Shown in pieces: positions 12,813 through 26,799 of a DNA stretch of 64,000 nucleotides. This stretch comes from Octopus sinensis (lineage: Eukaryota): contig NC_043000.1 of the NCBI RefSeq assembly GCF_006345805.1, forward strand, positions 96,720,001-96,784,000, written 5' to 3'. How positions within the stretch are numbered: position 1 is the first letter of the stretch; every line of letters starts with the position of its first letter. A program made the translations under genes and the position numbers. Below the pieces are notes generated by a model, which worked only from the letters and a program-made list of their open reading frames with translations, searched no databases and was not told the DNA's origin.

Positions 12813-13929
12813 ATTTCCCGATTTGGAAAAAGGGGATTAAATTACAATTTATAGTTTAAGCACAGGATTAGCAATTTTTAGTGGAGTGGTTGGTCGATGA
12901 AGTCGATCCTTTTACTTACACGGACTTAACTTCGGCGCAGGTTTTGAACACAGAGCTTTAGAAGTAAAAAGTAGTACAACAATGGCCTGCCGATTCTGCT
13001 AATCTTAGAGGATTAAATAATAAATACTGACAATAATGACGAGTATTGGATGAGAAAAGAGCTCACTGTGCGTGCGCAAGCGTTTATGCACGCATGCGTA
13101 CATAAGCACAGGCGCAAAAATATGTCCGAAAAACACATGTACGTATTGTGAACACACATACACACACACGGAGGAATGCAGACATACACAACATCGACAA
13201 ACATCAAAATTAATGGCCCACTGAATGTTAACAGCTTCTTACATTTCTCGGTAGGACGGCTTGCTATGTGTGATCAGAGACAAATTTATAGCATTTTGTT
13301 GGTATTGGCTTTTTTTCAACTGTCACTTAAAGGCGTAATAAAAAATAAGCAAATGTTGCGATCCGCAGTGAAGAGGGCAACATGTGAGTTAGTCGTGAAG
13401 GTAAAAGTAAATGGGTCCTCCGTCGCTTTCACGGTGAGTATTACAGTTGTTGATCGTTTAATGTTACTACTTATTTAATTATTATAGTGTGAAAAATAAT
13501 GTGAGTTTTCATTTCACAATAGCTGTACCCTTAACATATTTCTTAACCAGTATCAGTCCGACACATTAAGTAACGAGACACACAAAATTGGTCAAGCGAT
13601 ATGTGCAACAGAGAGTGCTTTCATCGCTTGGCCAATCTATAACACAGAATGTTTTCATCACTTGGCCAATCTTTGCCGGCCCAATCTGAAATATATGTGA
13701 AGAACTAGTTAAGTAGAAACTCAGAACGAACGCCTAGTGGTATCTGTTCCAGCTCTACTAAAGCGTCCTACGTTCAAAATGCGTTGGTTTGGCGTTTAAA
13801 TAGCACCATCAACAACTAAGCAGGCGTAGTGTGAAGTGTAAGGCAAATTTTCAAAACAATGCCAACACCAAAATATATTGTCTTGGGCGGAGTTGAGTTC
13901 TAAGTGATGGGAATATAGACAAACCAATA

Positions 13930-14146
13930 CCTATTTCTTTATTACCCACAAGGGGCTAAACATAGAGGGGACAAACAAGGACAGACATAGATATTAAGTC
14001 GATTACATCGACCCCAGTGCGGAACTGGTACTTAATTTATCGACCCCGAAAGGATGAAAGGCAAAGTCAACCTCGGCGGAATTTGAACTCACAACGTAAC
14101 GACAGACGAAATACCGCTAAGCATTTCATCCGGCGTGCTAACGTTT
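13930..14146 (-). mobile_element. SINE family A copy with alternative 3' tail
   Basis: Near-consensus body, with tail CCCACAAGGGGCTAAACATAGAGGGGACA instead of CACAAGGCCTGAAATTT. Confidence 0.88.
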
Positions 14147-14199
14147 CAAACACAGCCATAAATACACACACACGTGTGCATGTATGTATATATATTCTT

Positions 14200-14585
14200 C
14201 TTTTCCTTTACTTGTTTTAGTCATTCGACTGCGGCCACGCTGGAGCACCGCCTTTAGTCGAGCAAATCGACCCCAGGACTTATTCTTTGTAAGCATAGTA
14301 CTTATTCTATCGGTCTCTTTTACCGAACCACTAATGTATTGGAGACGTAAACACACTAGTATCGGTGTCATGTGATGGTGAGGAGACAAACACAGACATA
14401 CAAGTACACATACCACACATATATACGACGGGCTTCTTTCAATTTCCGTCTACCACATCCACTCACAAGGCTTTGGTCGGTCCGAGGCTATAGTATAAAA
14501 CACATGCCCAAGGTACCACGTAGTGGGACTGAACTCGGAACCGTGTTTTTGGGAAGCAAGTTTCTTACCACACAGCCACTCCTAT
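14200..14585 (-). mobile_element. SINE family B full-length copy
   Basis: Reverse complement of the 54353 copy from tail to head (...TTCTTACCACACAGCCACTCCT). Confidence 0.9.
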
Positions 14586-15368
14586 ATATATATAAGAGGC
14601 TTCCAAGCAGTTTTTGTCAACCAAATGCATTCACAAAATGTTGGTCGGTCCGAGACTGTAGCAGAAGACACCTGCCCAATGTGCGACACTATGAGACTGA
14701 ACCTGAAACCATATTATAGCAAATTTAGTTTCTTAACCATACCGCCAGTTTTTCTTTTCCACTTTCTTTTTCTTTTCTATTCAAAAGATAAGTATATGGG
14801 ATATATACCATACATGCCCATTTTAGTGGAGTAAGATATTTTTAATGAATGAAATTTGGTTGTTATTTCTGGCACGTTATACGCCCAGGTAGAGGCTTCA
14901 TTCACTAATTTGGGCATAAAAAATTTGTTTTTGTTGTTGATTTTTTTCCCCTAAGCTTTTAAACTCTGTAAATCCATCGAAGTCCCTCGTGTTTTACTTT
15001 CAAGCTTCAGTTACTGCCGATAGAAAGAAAGCGTTAACAACAAACAGCATGACTAACAGCAATCGTGGGGTCTTGCGGATGGTATCAACGAACAACAACA
15101 ACAATAATAATAATAATAATATGGTTGGATGGGTGTGAATAAAGATAGTGGATATGATATGAATTTGCAGAGTCAAAAACCATGTCTAGCTTGAAGGAAC
15201 GCCAACAACAACATAATAACTTATTCCATTTGTCATGGCATTAATCACATCGATACTACGACCAATTGAATAGAGTGGCCTGCATAGCAATGGTAATGGC
15301 TTAGAGTGTATAGAAATGTGACACACACATTTTCATACAAGAGAACCCACACACATATATACACTATA

Positions 15369-15410
<42 letters not shown>

Positions 15411-15450
15411 CACATACCTAAATCCACTATGCAAAACATATATAAATGTG

Positions 15451-15512
<62 letters not shown>

Positions 15513-15674
15513 CGTGGCTGTTTGGTAAGAACCTTGTTTCCCAACCACATGATTCTGGGTTCAGTACCACTGCGAGGCACCTTGGGCAAGTGTCTTCTGC
15601 TATAGCATCGGGCCGACCAAGACCTTGTGAGTGAATTTGGTAGATGGAAAGAAAGAAACCTGTCATATCTCTCG

Positions 15675-15720
<46 letters not shown>

Positions 15721-18700
15721 CGACCGATACAATAAGTACTAGGCTTATTGCATCGGTCGCTTTTGCGAACCGCTAAATTACGGGGACATAAACATACCAA
15801 CATCGGTTGTCAAGCGACAGTGGAGGAACAAACAAACACATGTAATCGACTTAATCTCTTTGTCCTTGTTTGTCCCCTCTATGTTTAGCCCCGTGTGGCA
15901 AATAAGGAAATAAAAATATAGTGAATGGAATTTGCTTGACCGAAAATGCAGAAGTGTGTGTGTTTACATAAAAGAGAAAGAAAGAAAGAAAAGAAAAAAG
16001 AGGAGAAATGGAGGGAGACTCCGTGTGTGTGATCGAATTTTTGTCTCTTTAAGTCAAATGGAAATTTAACTATTTAATAAACAGAGGTCGTCGAAATAGT
16101 GCCAGAGTGGAAGAAGTACTGAGGTTGATACAACTGACTTAAAATCCGTGAAGGTGGTGCTATACATCATAGTGGCAGTCTCATGATAAAATCTCTGAAT
16201 AAAACAAAACCTTCCCAGCCGAAGTCAACTTTGCCTTTTATTATTTTGGAGCTCGAGTATGGATAATATAGAGTACGTGACAAGGAATGGTGTCAATTTA
16301 CATTACTATAAGGTATACTAGTTGTGTGCGGAATTATAACAGTAAATCAACTTTTACGTGTATCTACGTGTATTTTATCATTCTTTAGTCGCTCGTCTGC
16401 CAAAAAACAATTAAGAACAATTCTATCCATTTTAAGATGGTAGAAAGTGATTTGAAGTTATTTGGTTACCTTTCCAAAAGGTGAAACAAACAGATGTACC
16501 CCCGCTGGCATCGTTCCTCTCAGTACTAACAGAGTATATACCGAAAATATGGAGTTTGTGAAGACAGAAATGGTGTAAACAAGCTTTAGAATAAAAAAAA
16601 AAAATTAGTGGCAGAGAAAAAAAGCAGGCAGGTAGGTGTATAATGAAAGAATCTGTGTGATAGAAAGAAAACAGCGCTCAGTGTGTAGGTATATAAACCC
16701 AGTTTAAAGGGTAAGCTCTTTCAGACTATTTGTCCATCCATCACCTCTCATTGACTCTATCTTATTCTTTTACACACACTGTCTATCTATTTATCTATCG
16801 ATTACGATATTCATTTGTCAACCTTCATATATAGTTAAGTGTATCTTAATTACAATTGAGACAAGGAGCAATGGACAATCTTAATTTAAGTATTGACATG
16901 TAAAATACGAAGTCTGTCAATTTTACATTATCATCAGATTGTTTAGTACAAGGTTATATGCATGGCTGTAAATACATGAATATATATATATATATATAAA
17001 TATATATATATACATATGTGTATGTATATGCATGTATGTATGTGACAGATAAATCTAGTATTCAGAACATTAACTTAAGAAAAATTTCTTTATATATTAT
17101 TATGATAGGTTTTAATTCAAATGTAAACACCTTAACCGGAGTGTGTATTATAGGTCAATGTTTTTAACTTACAAAATCATTCCAGTTGTGACCATCCCGT
17201 TTTTAGGTGTATCTAGGACAGTTGTTTCCTAACTATTTTTGCTGAACACTGACCTGATATACTTGGATACATAATACCGACCCCAACTTTTACTCAACAC
17301 TTATGCAATAGCACAGGTGATAAAAATTATTATATTGCTATTTACCAATACATTCATAGCTGTTAATCATCTCATAAGAGGCGTTATAGAACTCTCCCCT
17401 AAGAACTAGTGCTCCAGGACAATACTGCCCAACGTATCCTTCCTTATTTTAAAAAATGTGTAATTTGAGTGAATTTGGTTATCGGTTACAGTATGTCAGA
17501 CAACTTCGTAGAGACGTTTTTCTTTTTCAAAGAACCAGAGACGGTTTTCTTGAGAAAGGTATGAACGTCAATCAGTCTTGTGTTTCTCTAATACTTGTTT
17601 TCTTTTTTCTTGCAGGTTCAACGACAGACACAAAATGATCCCCCAGTGCTTTGTTATTGTCATTGTCGTTTGGCCCTAAATCAAATTTGATCGAGCCAAA
17701 CCTATGATCATAGGCGGCATTCTTTACTTGATAAACGGAATTTTAGGACGGATTTGTTAGTTATTTCTAGCAGAAAGAATGATCACATACATAAAGGCCC
17801 TCTCCTCGCCGATTGAAGGCTGTTAGTTGAGATATACGTTTTAACACTTGATGGTATCAAATCATAGATTTACAAGAGTTACTTTCCTTATCAACCAAAG
17901 AACCGACCAACCAAGTAAGACCACCAGCCTGTTTAATCTGCCTTCTTTTAATGTTCATTAATCAAAAAATGTATTCTTTCGTTTCTAATTTAACTTTTGT
18001 GTGTGTGTGCGCGCGCGCTTGAATATTTATTGATTATTAATATATTTCGTATAGTTATCTATTTCTTTAACTATAAGTGTTATACACACACTAATGGTGT
18101 TTTTGTTTTTTTTTTCTGGGTAAATTGCTCCATTCCTCTTCACAATTTTTTGCCAACACCCATCATCAATACTAACCCTGTCTTGGGGTTACTCTTTCTC
18201 TCATTCTGTCCCGTGTGTATGTGTGCGTCGCGCCGGCGTGTGTGTGTGAAAAGTTTTCGGTCTTTGGTGCCGTGCTAGAAACAGATCTTATCCTATTTAG
18301 ATCATTCATACCTCCCAAGAAAAACAACAAAAAACTATCAATACGAATGAAGGGAGTCTGAAGTCAGATGGTCTGTCGTTTAAGCTGGTCGGTCTGTTGG
18401 TTGACTGGCTGGTTGAGGTTAGGTTGAGGAAGAATAGACGGAAGAAGGGAATAGAAACGCTCTTCGTATCATCCTCTACTATTCTATATCTTACAGTTTC
18501 TTTAAGTGAAGTGTAAATCAAAAGGAATCACCTGCAAGCATAGTAATTCATATTGTTGTTGTAACTGTTGCTGTTGTAGTTTAGCATCCAGGTCGCCCCT
18601 CATAGTGCGAATAATAGGATCAAAGCTATAAATCCAGATTTTTTTTTTCAGCCTTCAGATACTGAATAATAGTTTCCTTCCTATTGGCAGACAATTGGGT

Positions 18701-20135
18701 GTGGTTTAAGGGAAATTTAGCGGCTGTTTCTAACAAACTGATTTACAATGAGGTTTCCTCGTTGGCAACTGTAGCGACGAGCATGGTTGTTATACCTAAG
18801 TATCTCGTTCTTTTCATTCCCGACTTCAGGCGACTGTAGTTAAGAAGTTCATATTGCAACGACATTGTTGCAGATTTGATCCCACTTTGCGGCACCTTGG
18901 ACACGAATGACTTCCATCAAGGTTTCAGGCTGACCAAATACCTTGGCAGCACAATTTAGTAGATTAGAAACAACAAATGCTCGTCAAGTATGCGCGCTTG
19001 TGTGTATGTATATGCATGTGTGTGCGTGTGTATAATATATGTATATATCTATGTATGTACGTACACACACATACATGGTATATGCATGTGTGGCTATATA
19101 ATTAAGAAGCTGACTTTGTAACCACGTGGCTTCGGATTCACTTTCAAAGCGCAGCACCTCAGGCAAGTGCCTTCAACTATAACCTAGAGCCGAATAATGC
19201 CTGTGTGTGTGTGTGTGTGTGTTTTGTGTGTATGTGTCTTTTGTATGTATGTATGTATGTGTGTGTGTGTCTTTGTGTTTCCCACTACTGCTGGACAAGC
19301 GGTGTTGGTCTGTTTACGTCCGTGTTATCTAGCAGTTAGGCAAAAAACCGATACAATAAGTACCAGACTTTAAAAAAAGATAAGCACCAGAGCCGATTCG
19401 TTCGACTAAAACCTTCGAGGTGATGCCCCAGTATGGCCGCAGTCTAATGACTGAAACAATTAATAGATAAAAGACACACACACACACACACATCAGACAA
19501 ACAGACAGACAAGTATGTGTGTCTGCAAGTAAGTTTACATCTTTTGCAGTGCACCAGTAAAAGATACGAACATACATTCGTATAGCGCCGGATATCGATA
19601 AAGTCGTATCACCTTGACAACCAACACTACATCTTATCCGATTACAGAAGTTTAACAACATTGAGCCTAATTAGTCGATAATTGAGTGACCGCTTGAGAA
19701 ACCAAGATGTCGTAAACAAATAGCCCAAAAAAAAAAATAAAACTTTCCTTTGAACAACAACTGCGATGCAGAGAAGATGGAGAGGAAATAAATGTTAGCA
19801 ACACGGAAAACTATTTGTTTTAAAAAGAAATCCGATAAAACTTGCCAATGCCTCCGCCCTAGAAAGTTAACTTATTCAGATAATAATAAATTGGTGAATG
19901 CTGACCGATGGAGACCTTTTGATACAGTCAAAGTATCTTGCTTGAGTCAATGTAATGCAGCCGAGCTGGGCACCACTTCGAAGTCTTTGGTCGAACAAAT
20001 CGATCCCAGTATAGATTTCTTTAAATCTGGTATTTATTCTATATTCATTTCATCATGTAAAACCGTTAATCCCGACATTTGTTTTTTCTCTGTACGTTTT
20101 GTTCTTCAGTCTCCTTTTACTTTCTTCCTCTCATC

Positions 20136-20174
20136 CTTTTCTATCGAAAGAGCATAAGCTCGAAACGTCAAAGA
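20136..20174 (+). ncRNA. Degenerate minimal hammerhead ribozyme motif (same family as 31406)
   Basis: CTTTT-CTATCGA-AA-GAGC(ataa)GCTC-GAAACGTC-AAAG. Stem II, GAAA, the ACGT palindrome and a GUC site are intact, but the CUGANGA core is mutated. Downstream sequence resembles 31444-31530. Confidence 0.5.
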
Positions 20175-22359
20175 TTTTTTTCCCATTCTTCCCGAGCGTC
20201 AAACTAACACACTTGCTTGTTGTTCCCTCAACTGTTTTCGTCTTTTGTTTTCCGTACATTTGAATAGCTTATTCTATCCGTCTCCTTTGACGAATTGCTG
20301 TATTACGAAACGTAAACAGATCAACACCGGCTGCTGAGTAGTGAGGATATAAAAACACCCTACACACACACACATACACTCGCAACATATATAAACACGT
20401 GTGTGTGTGTGTGGTAAAAAAAAGAAAAGAAAAAATCGAAAACGCGTCATAAAAAAAATGTTATATATTAGGTTGACATTCAGGGAAATTGGAAGTTCTT
20501 AGCGTTTCGAACATATGCTCATCTACCGAAATCTTAGATGAGAAGAGGGGAGGAAAAGAGAAAGCGTGTCACAATTTGACGGTCACTGCAAGTGCGCGCG
20601 CACACACACAAACACACACACATACATATATATATTATATTACAACAAGAATTTTATATCTTGGACATAGAGTTACCCAAAGTTTCGCATCCATAAAGCA
20701 AAGCGTTGTGGACAGCTCGTCAGACTATATAAATACAAAATGTAAACTCGAGGAATACATCTTAACAAAAAAAAAAAAACCTTAATGAAGACGGGTTATC
20801 TCCCTGAATCAGAGGGGAAAAAAACCCCTCGTAGAGCTGAAGACGCCTAACTAGCAAACGGGGAAATCCAATTTTCTAGTAAGTAGCGCTTGAAGTGGAT
20901 ACATTTACAAAACACTTCTTTATGGCTGTTTAATGCGCCAGGTTTCTTATAGTCCTTAAGGAATTTGGCTCTCTCCGCGATGCAGATGATGCAACGGCCA
21001 CTTCCATTAATATACGACGGGTTTTCACTGTTTCCGTCCAATAAATTCACTCACGAAAAATTGGCCGCCCTGTGGCTACAGTAGAAGACACTTGCCGTAT
21101 GTCACGCAGTGGAACTGAACTTGAAACCACGTACGAGCAAAGTCTAAGGATAATGATGCAAGATAGACACTTTTAAAGTCGAATTCGCCGTCAGAAATGT
21201 AATCAACAAATGAGTTTGCGCATAAGAAATTTCTAAGCAAAACGACGTTTTTGTTGACAAAGAGCGATGTAAAATAAATAAATAAATATACTCCTGCCCT
21301 CAGCATGGCTGCAGGACAGTGAATGATTGAAAGCAGTAAAACACACACACACACACACACACGTGTAGTAAACCTGGTGATTTGGGCGTTGGAAAATCTG
21401 TAACCAACTAACAAACGTTGTTATTCACATGCGGCGATACAAAATAAATACTTGAAGACTGTCTCAGTATGGGCGCAAAACAGTAATTGAAAACAATAAC
21501 GCACAAGAACTCGCGCGCGCACATATGTTTGTGTAATCGGAGAAAAAGTACGCATGACATGTGACAGGATTTTATAATATATTCATTGGTCCGAAGGCTG
21601 ATGATTTTGCACTTCCATTGCAACTTCGTTGTTTCGAGTTCGGTTCCACTGCGCGGCACCTTGGGCAAGTATCTTCTACAGTAACTCCGAGGCCGACCTA
21701 TAATACCATGTGAATGAATTTGGTAGACGGAAACTGTGTGGAAGCTGTGTGCACGTGCGAGTGTGTGTGTATGTGTGACTTTGTGTATGTGTCTATGTAA
21801 CCCCACCACCAAACCGGTGTTAGTTTATTTACGTGTTCGGCAACAGAGACAAGATAAATACCAGACTCAAGAAAGAAGTAATAGAATCGATTTGTTCGAC
21901 TAAACCCTAAAAGGCCAATGCCCCAGCATGGCCACAATCCAATGACAGCAACAAATAAAACCTAAAAGATTTATACACACACAAACACTATTTTCCTTGT
22001 GACGACTTCCCACTCCTTCCCTCTCGTCTTCTCGACAACCACAGCTTGTTTTGTCTGCAGTCGATTCCTGTCATTTGATCCTTAAGACCAACGATATTCA
22101 CTTCTTTCTCTTCTTCTCCTCCCTCCCACTTTATCTTTCTTTCTTTCTTTCCTTTTCTTTCTCACCGCTTGTTTCTTGTTTTGCATATATCTTGCCGCTG
22201 TTTAAAGCAACGATGATAGTGGGTGGTAATGAAAACATAATCTAACACAAGTACAAAATATAAATACTAGTCAACCGATCCTCTAGCTCGGTGGAAATCT
22301 ATTCAAAATAAAGGGAAAATGAAATTAATGACAAGCATGATTGTAGAAAGCGGTGGTAG

Positions 22360-22700
22360 ACAGCGGTGGTGGTGGTGGTACCGACTATTGTAACAAAATA
22401 ATAATAATGGTGTTGATATATGCTTTTATCAATTGCAATGATAGCCAGTGTATGTTAATGGTTGGTAATGATTGCGACAATGTGTAATGTGGAGATGGTG
22501 ATGATGATGATGAATGGTGGTGGGCAGGATTATTAAGGATAGCGGTGATGGTGATGAAGATAAATGATTACGATGATGATAACAAAGTGGTGACAGGAGC
22601 AGTGATAATATCAAATGTGTTGTGATGACTGTGATGTTATAATGACAATGGCGATGATGATGACGATACTGATGATGATGAAAGTGGAGACGATGGTGGT
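22360..22700. repeat. Degenerate GAT/GGT triplet low-complexity tract
   Basis: Interleaved GATGAT, GGTGGT and AATAAT runs. Confidence 0.85.
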
Positions 22701-22729
22701 ATTCCTTTACAACGTAATCTATCCCTTCC

Positions 22730-23170
22730 CAAAAGCAACTCTGCATTTGCGCAGGCAGGTTCACACCATCCTTTGTCGGGGCCTTCAACCGACGGATCCA
22801 TTAAGTTGCTTTGGAATCTGATTCGGTGCAGAACTCCAGGCGGATAGGAACTGAGGCGAGGTTAATAACAGTATGGCCAGTCTCACCCTGATACGGACTG
22901 GGATGAAGCTACGTTAAGGTTACACTTAACGTACACTGAAAGGTCGGACAGAGGTGGGTAATGCGGCGTATTATTGCTTGGCCGGTGTATCTCGCACCAG
23001 TATTCGTCAGAGAGGATTTTGAAAGGTTTGATCTTTTACTTCATATGGAATGGATACGTTCCATTGTGCAGGTGGTCTGCGAGGATAATTCGCTGAGAGT
23101 ACAGCATTTACAGAGACTCCTGAATGGTGAGCAGGTGTGGTCGCTTTTTCTCACACACGGTTTTTTCACA
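22730..23170 (+). mobile_element. L1/Tx1-clade LINE reverse transcriptase fragment (frameshifted)
   Basis: Joined frames give GPSTDGSIKLL-GIWFGAELQADRN.GEV...LKGRTEVGNA...LRVQHLQRLLNGEQVWS, like the post-RT region of Tx1-type ORF2. Confidence 0.6.
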
Positions 23171-24409
23171 GCTTATTTCTTTGACAGACCTTGTTACAGG
23201 GAGCAGGACTGGGTGCTAGCAACTGGAATGTTGTCAAGAGCTCACGAATTTCTAACAACCTGGCGACACACCTTGTGGAGCTTCCTCATCAAAATTCAAT
23301 ACTGGTACTCTGTCGGTTACGTAAAATTAACGTGCAAGTGACAGAGCACTCCACAGCTATGCGTACCCTAAACGTAGCTCTCAGGGAGATTCAATGTGAC
23401 ACAAAAGCTTCGTCAGGACCCAAAGTCAGCTTTAGCATGGTTTCTACGGTTGGATATCCTTGCAAACGCCAACCACATTATAGAGTCTATGCGTGCTTTT
23501 TTCATGGCACCGGCAGTAGTGAAGCCATTAAAGTAACCTACGAGACCAAGTAAAGAAAGAAAAAAAAAACCTTTCGACTGAGTAGAGATGTATTTGAGAG
23601 AGAGAGATAGGTGCCCTTATGCCAGGTGTTGAAGGCTACAATATGATAGAGGAATAAGCACAAATCTCTTGCTATAGAGGAGCCACGTGGCTAGTCCACA
23701 TAATATGAGAGCGGGAGAGAGTAACTAAAAGGAGAGAAAGATGATAGCGACAGGGTGTCCGAGCGTATTCTCAAGGTACAAAGGATTGAGTATACGGGGG
23801 ATAAAGACAGTCAGGAGGGAATGGAAGAGGGGCGAGTTTAACATAGGGTTTCGTCCGTTCGGTGTCGATAAATAAAATACTACCAGTGAAGTATTAGAAC
23901 CGTTTCTTCGTTCCTAGTCAGTGAGATAAAGGGTCGAAGAAAGGAAGCGTTCACATTGTGACACCCAGCAATCTTTTCACTACTACCACTGCGAGGTCTC
24001 ACAGAGAAAGATAGAAACTTCTAGATGAGCCAAAATTTCTATCCCTAAGTCATCTATAGAATTCTAACATAGAAGCTCCCTCATGTGATCCACCCAGCGA
24101 GAGACGTTTCTAGTCGAATAATTGAAGACGTTCGTTTCGCAATTACGACGTTCGGCGTTCGATCCAGTTGCGTGAATTGGGTAGACGAAACAGTGAAGTC
24201 CGTCAGATGACTGGATTTTAACCAGTAATGAAAAGGTCCATTTTTTTGTCACACTGTCATACTGACACTGCTTGAGAATAACGTTAAGAGTTCAAGTGTC
24301 TCAGTCACTTGAGAAGGTAGTTCAGTTGATCGAACAATTGAATATTCATCGTAGAAACTGACAGAGATTTATCTTATGTATGTGCATATGTGTAAGCGTG
24401 ATTACATTA

Positions 24410-24620
24410 ATATAAAATAAATTGTTGCATACAGTGCTCAGGTGCACTACAACTAAGAAAATAACAAAACAACATAAAAAGCTATCAGGTATACAGTAGG
24501 CGGATTTCAGTTAAAGTATTGAAGTTTTGAAGGATGTAGTGTCTCGACAGCTAACAACTGATGCGGGTAGTTTATTCCATGCTTCAGTAATTATGAGCGT
24601 GGTGCACTTCTTTTTCCAAT
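24410..24620 (-). mobile_element. CR1-type LINE 3' end
   Basis: Minus-strand ITEAWNKLPASVVSCRDTTSFKTS* carries the WN.LP..VV terminal motif of CR1/L2-group ORF2. Confidence 0.75.
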
Positions 24621-24859
24621 ACTGTAAATGAGTGATCTGAGAAAGAATTAGCTACTGTTTCATCATGCTCCATCTTACACTAGTACTAATTACCAACTTT
24701 GTTTTCAACCTTTTCGTATCATTTTTCAACATAATGTTTTTTTTTAATCTTTTCTAGCATCAATCATTAGTCTTCTATTGACTTTAATAATCCCTTTCTC
24801 ATCAACGTCGTTAATTACTACTTTGTGGTGATGGTTCGAAGAATGGTTGGCTTGTGATG

Positions 24860-25900
24860 ATGCTAGTTAGTGGTGGTTGTGGTTATGATGATGATGATGA
24901 TGATGGCTGTAATGATGTTCGGAAGCAATGGTAACAGTGATGGTGAAGTTTGAAGGCGACGGTGGTGGTGGTAGTAATAGTAGTAGTAGTAGTGCTGGCA
25001 GTTGTTTGCAATGGAGATGATGGAGGAGGTAAAGAGGATGGTGGAGATGGAGATGATGACGATGCTGGTTAGAGGTGGTAGTAGTGGTGGTGTGGTGATG
25101 GTTGTAGTAGTAGTAGTAATTTGTGGGGTAGCTGTGGTAAGATGACACTGGTGTGCTGTGATGGCAATGCTGCTGCTGGTGGTGGTGGTGATTATTGTCG
25201 CCGAGGTCGTAGTGGTAAAGATATTAATGGTGGTGGTGGTGGTGGTTGTGGAGGACACAGATGATGGTGGAATAAGTTGGTAGAGGTGGTCATGTGATGT
25301 GGATTGATGATATTGTGTTCGGTAATTAGTAGAGCTGGTCGTGATAACAACGGTGGTGGTGGTGGTCGTCGTCGTCGTCGCCGCCTTGGCGGCGGCGGTG
25401 GTAGTGGTAACAATGGTTAGAGGCGGCAGTTAGAAAAGTTGGTCATGATAGTACTGACGATGGTGTTGTTTTGTTTTTGCAGGTGATTATGGTAGGTCGT
25501 GAGGCGGGGGGCGGCGGCAGTGATAATGATTGTTAGAAGGTGGTAGTTGCCAGGGTTGGTGATGATGACGACGACGACAATATTAGTGGTGGCGGCGGTG
25601 GAAGTGCTGGCGGCATTGGTGACTGCAATTCAGGTTTCGGAAAGGTAGTATTGAAAGTTAGGGTTAGAGGTTACGCAGATAGATGGTGATGATGGTAGGG
25701 AGCAATGATCATGGTTTATTGACGATGGTATAATAGTTTAAGAGCGATAACAATAAAGTAGCAGCGGCGGTGGTGGTGGTGGTGGTGGTAATGATAACAG
25801 ATTCTGCGATCGTTTGTATATGCTATCGCTCTCCGAGGACTATTATTGCTGTATATTATTAATAACTACTACTGCTGCTGCTGTTGCTATGTAATTTCGA
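24860..25900. repeat. About 1 kb cryptic triplet repeat (GGT/GAT/GTA/GTC/GGC)
   Basis: Continuous mosaic of G-N-N triplet runs. It explains the poly-T/H/P ORFs in the track. Confidence 0.9.
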
Positions 25901-26334
25901 TACACTTTTGACAAATGATCTACCAGTATATTTGTTTGGGGGTTTTCACCCCGAACTAGCTTTTCCAATATAGTTGTTGTTGTTGTTGTTGTTCTTAGTA
26001 TAGATAATGTTGCTTTTTATTTCTTCTATCGATTGCCAAAATTCCACACAATTTCGTAGAAACTACAAGTGATTTCTCTCCATTCCCCAATTGTTCACTG
26101 GTATCTTAATTTATCGACCCCGGTGGGATGAAAATATATAAAGTTGGTCTTTAAAGATTTTGCCAATTCACAGCGCTATTGAGTTTTTAATACTGGAACA
26201 AATGCAGAAATATATAGTAATGAATTGAATTTTCCGACAGTAAATTACTGGTGTATATTTTATGTTATCTTTCCCCACAGAGGTAAAATGATATTTTTAA
26301 AAGCAAGGTTTGCTTGGAAGAAAGAGCAGTGTCC

Positions 26335-26690
26335 ACGACCTTCGTAGGCTCTCCAAGACTGGTGAAACTGATGCCTCTTACACATCGTTGACTGCAGGGA
26401 AGATATGTGCAGAGTGGAAATTCCAGAGAGAGGGAGTTCTAAGGAAAACGGACTGGACGGACAAGACGTGGTGGTTAGTACGAAGATACAAGGGTGATGG
26501 TAAGAGGAGAGATGAGGGAGTCAGGAAGTGCCCGAGTGGAGGTGGGAAGACCTGCCGGTTCCTGAGAGTAGAGGCTGTTGTAGTTGCGGTTGAATAGGCG
26601 GGAAGAGGAGATAGTCCGTGTAGGGACCAGACGTTGAAGTGTGTTGGTGAATGGCTTCGTGCTAATCAATCAGATGGGCTTTCTTTGGAT
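26335..26690 (-). mobile_element. LINE (Jockey/L2-group) ORF2 C-terminal fragment
   Basis: Minus strand contains LFNRNYNSL... and FLRTPSLWNFHSAHIFPAVND, similar to the FFPRT..LWNSLP..FP tail. Confidence 0.55.
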
Positions 26691-26799
26691 GCCATCTAGG
26701 ATATCTTCTGCCAGCAGCAGTAGTAGCACCATTTTAAATGTGAGCACAGTATGCAACTGAAAGTGTCACCCAAGATTTGAAGTCAGAATATAAGGCCAG

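Noticed and set aside
24863-25413. Poly-Thr/His/Pro ORFs resembling mucin or His-rich proteins
   Set aside because: They come from cryptic triplet repeats open in several frames at once, with no splice or domain support.
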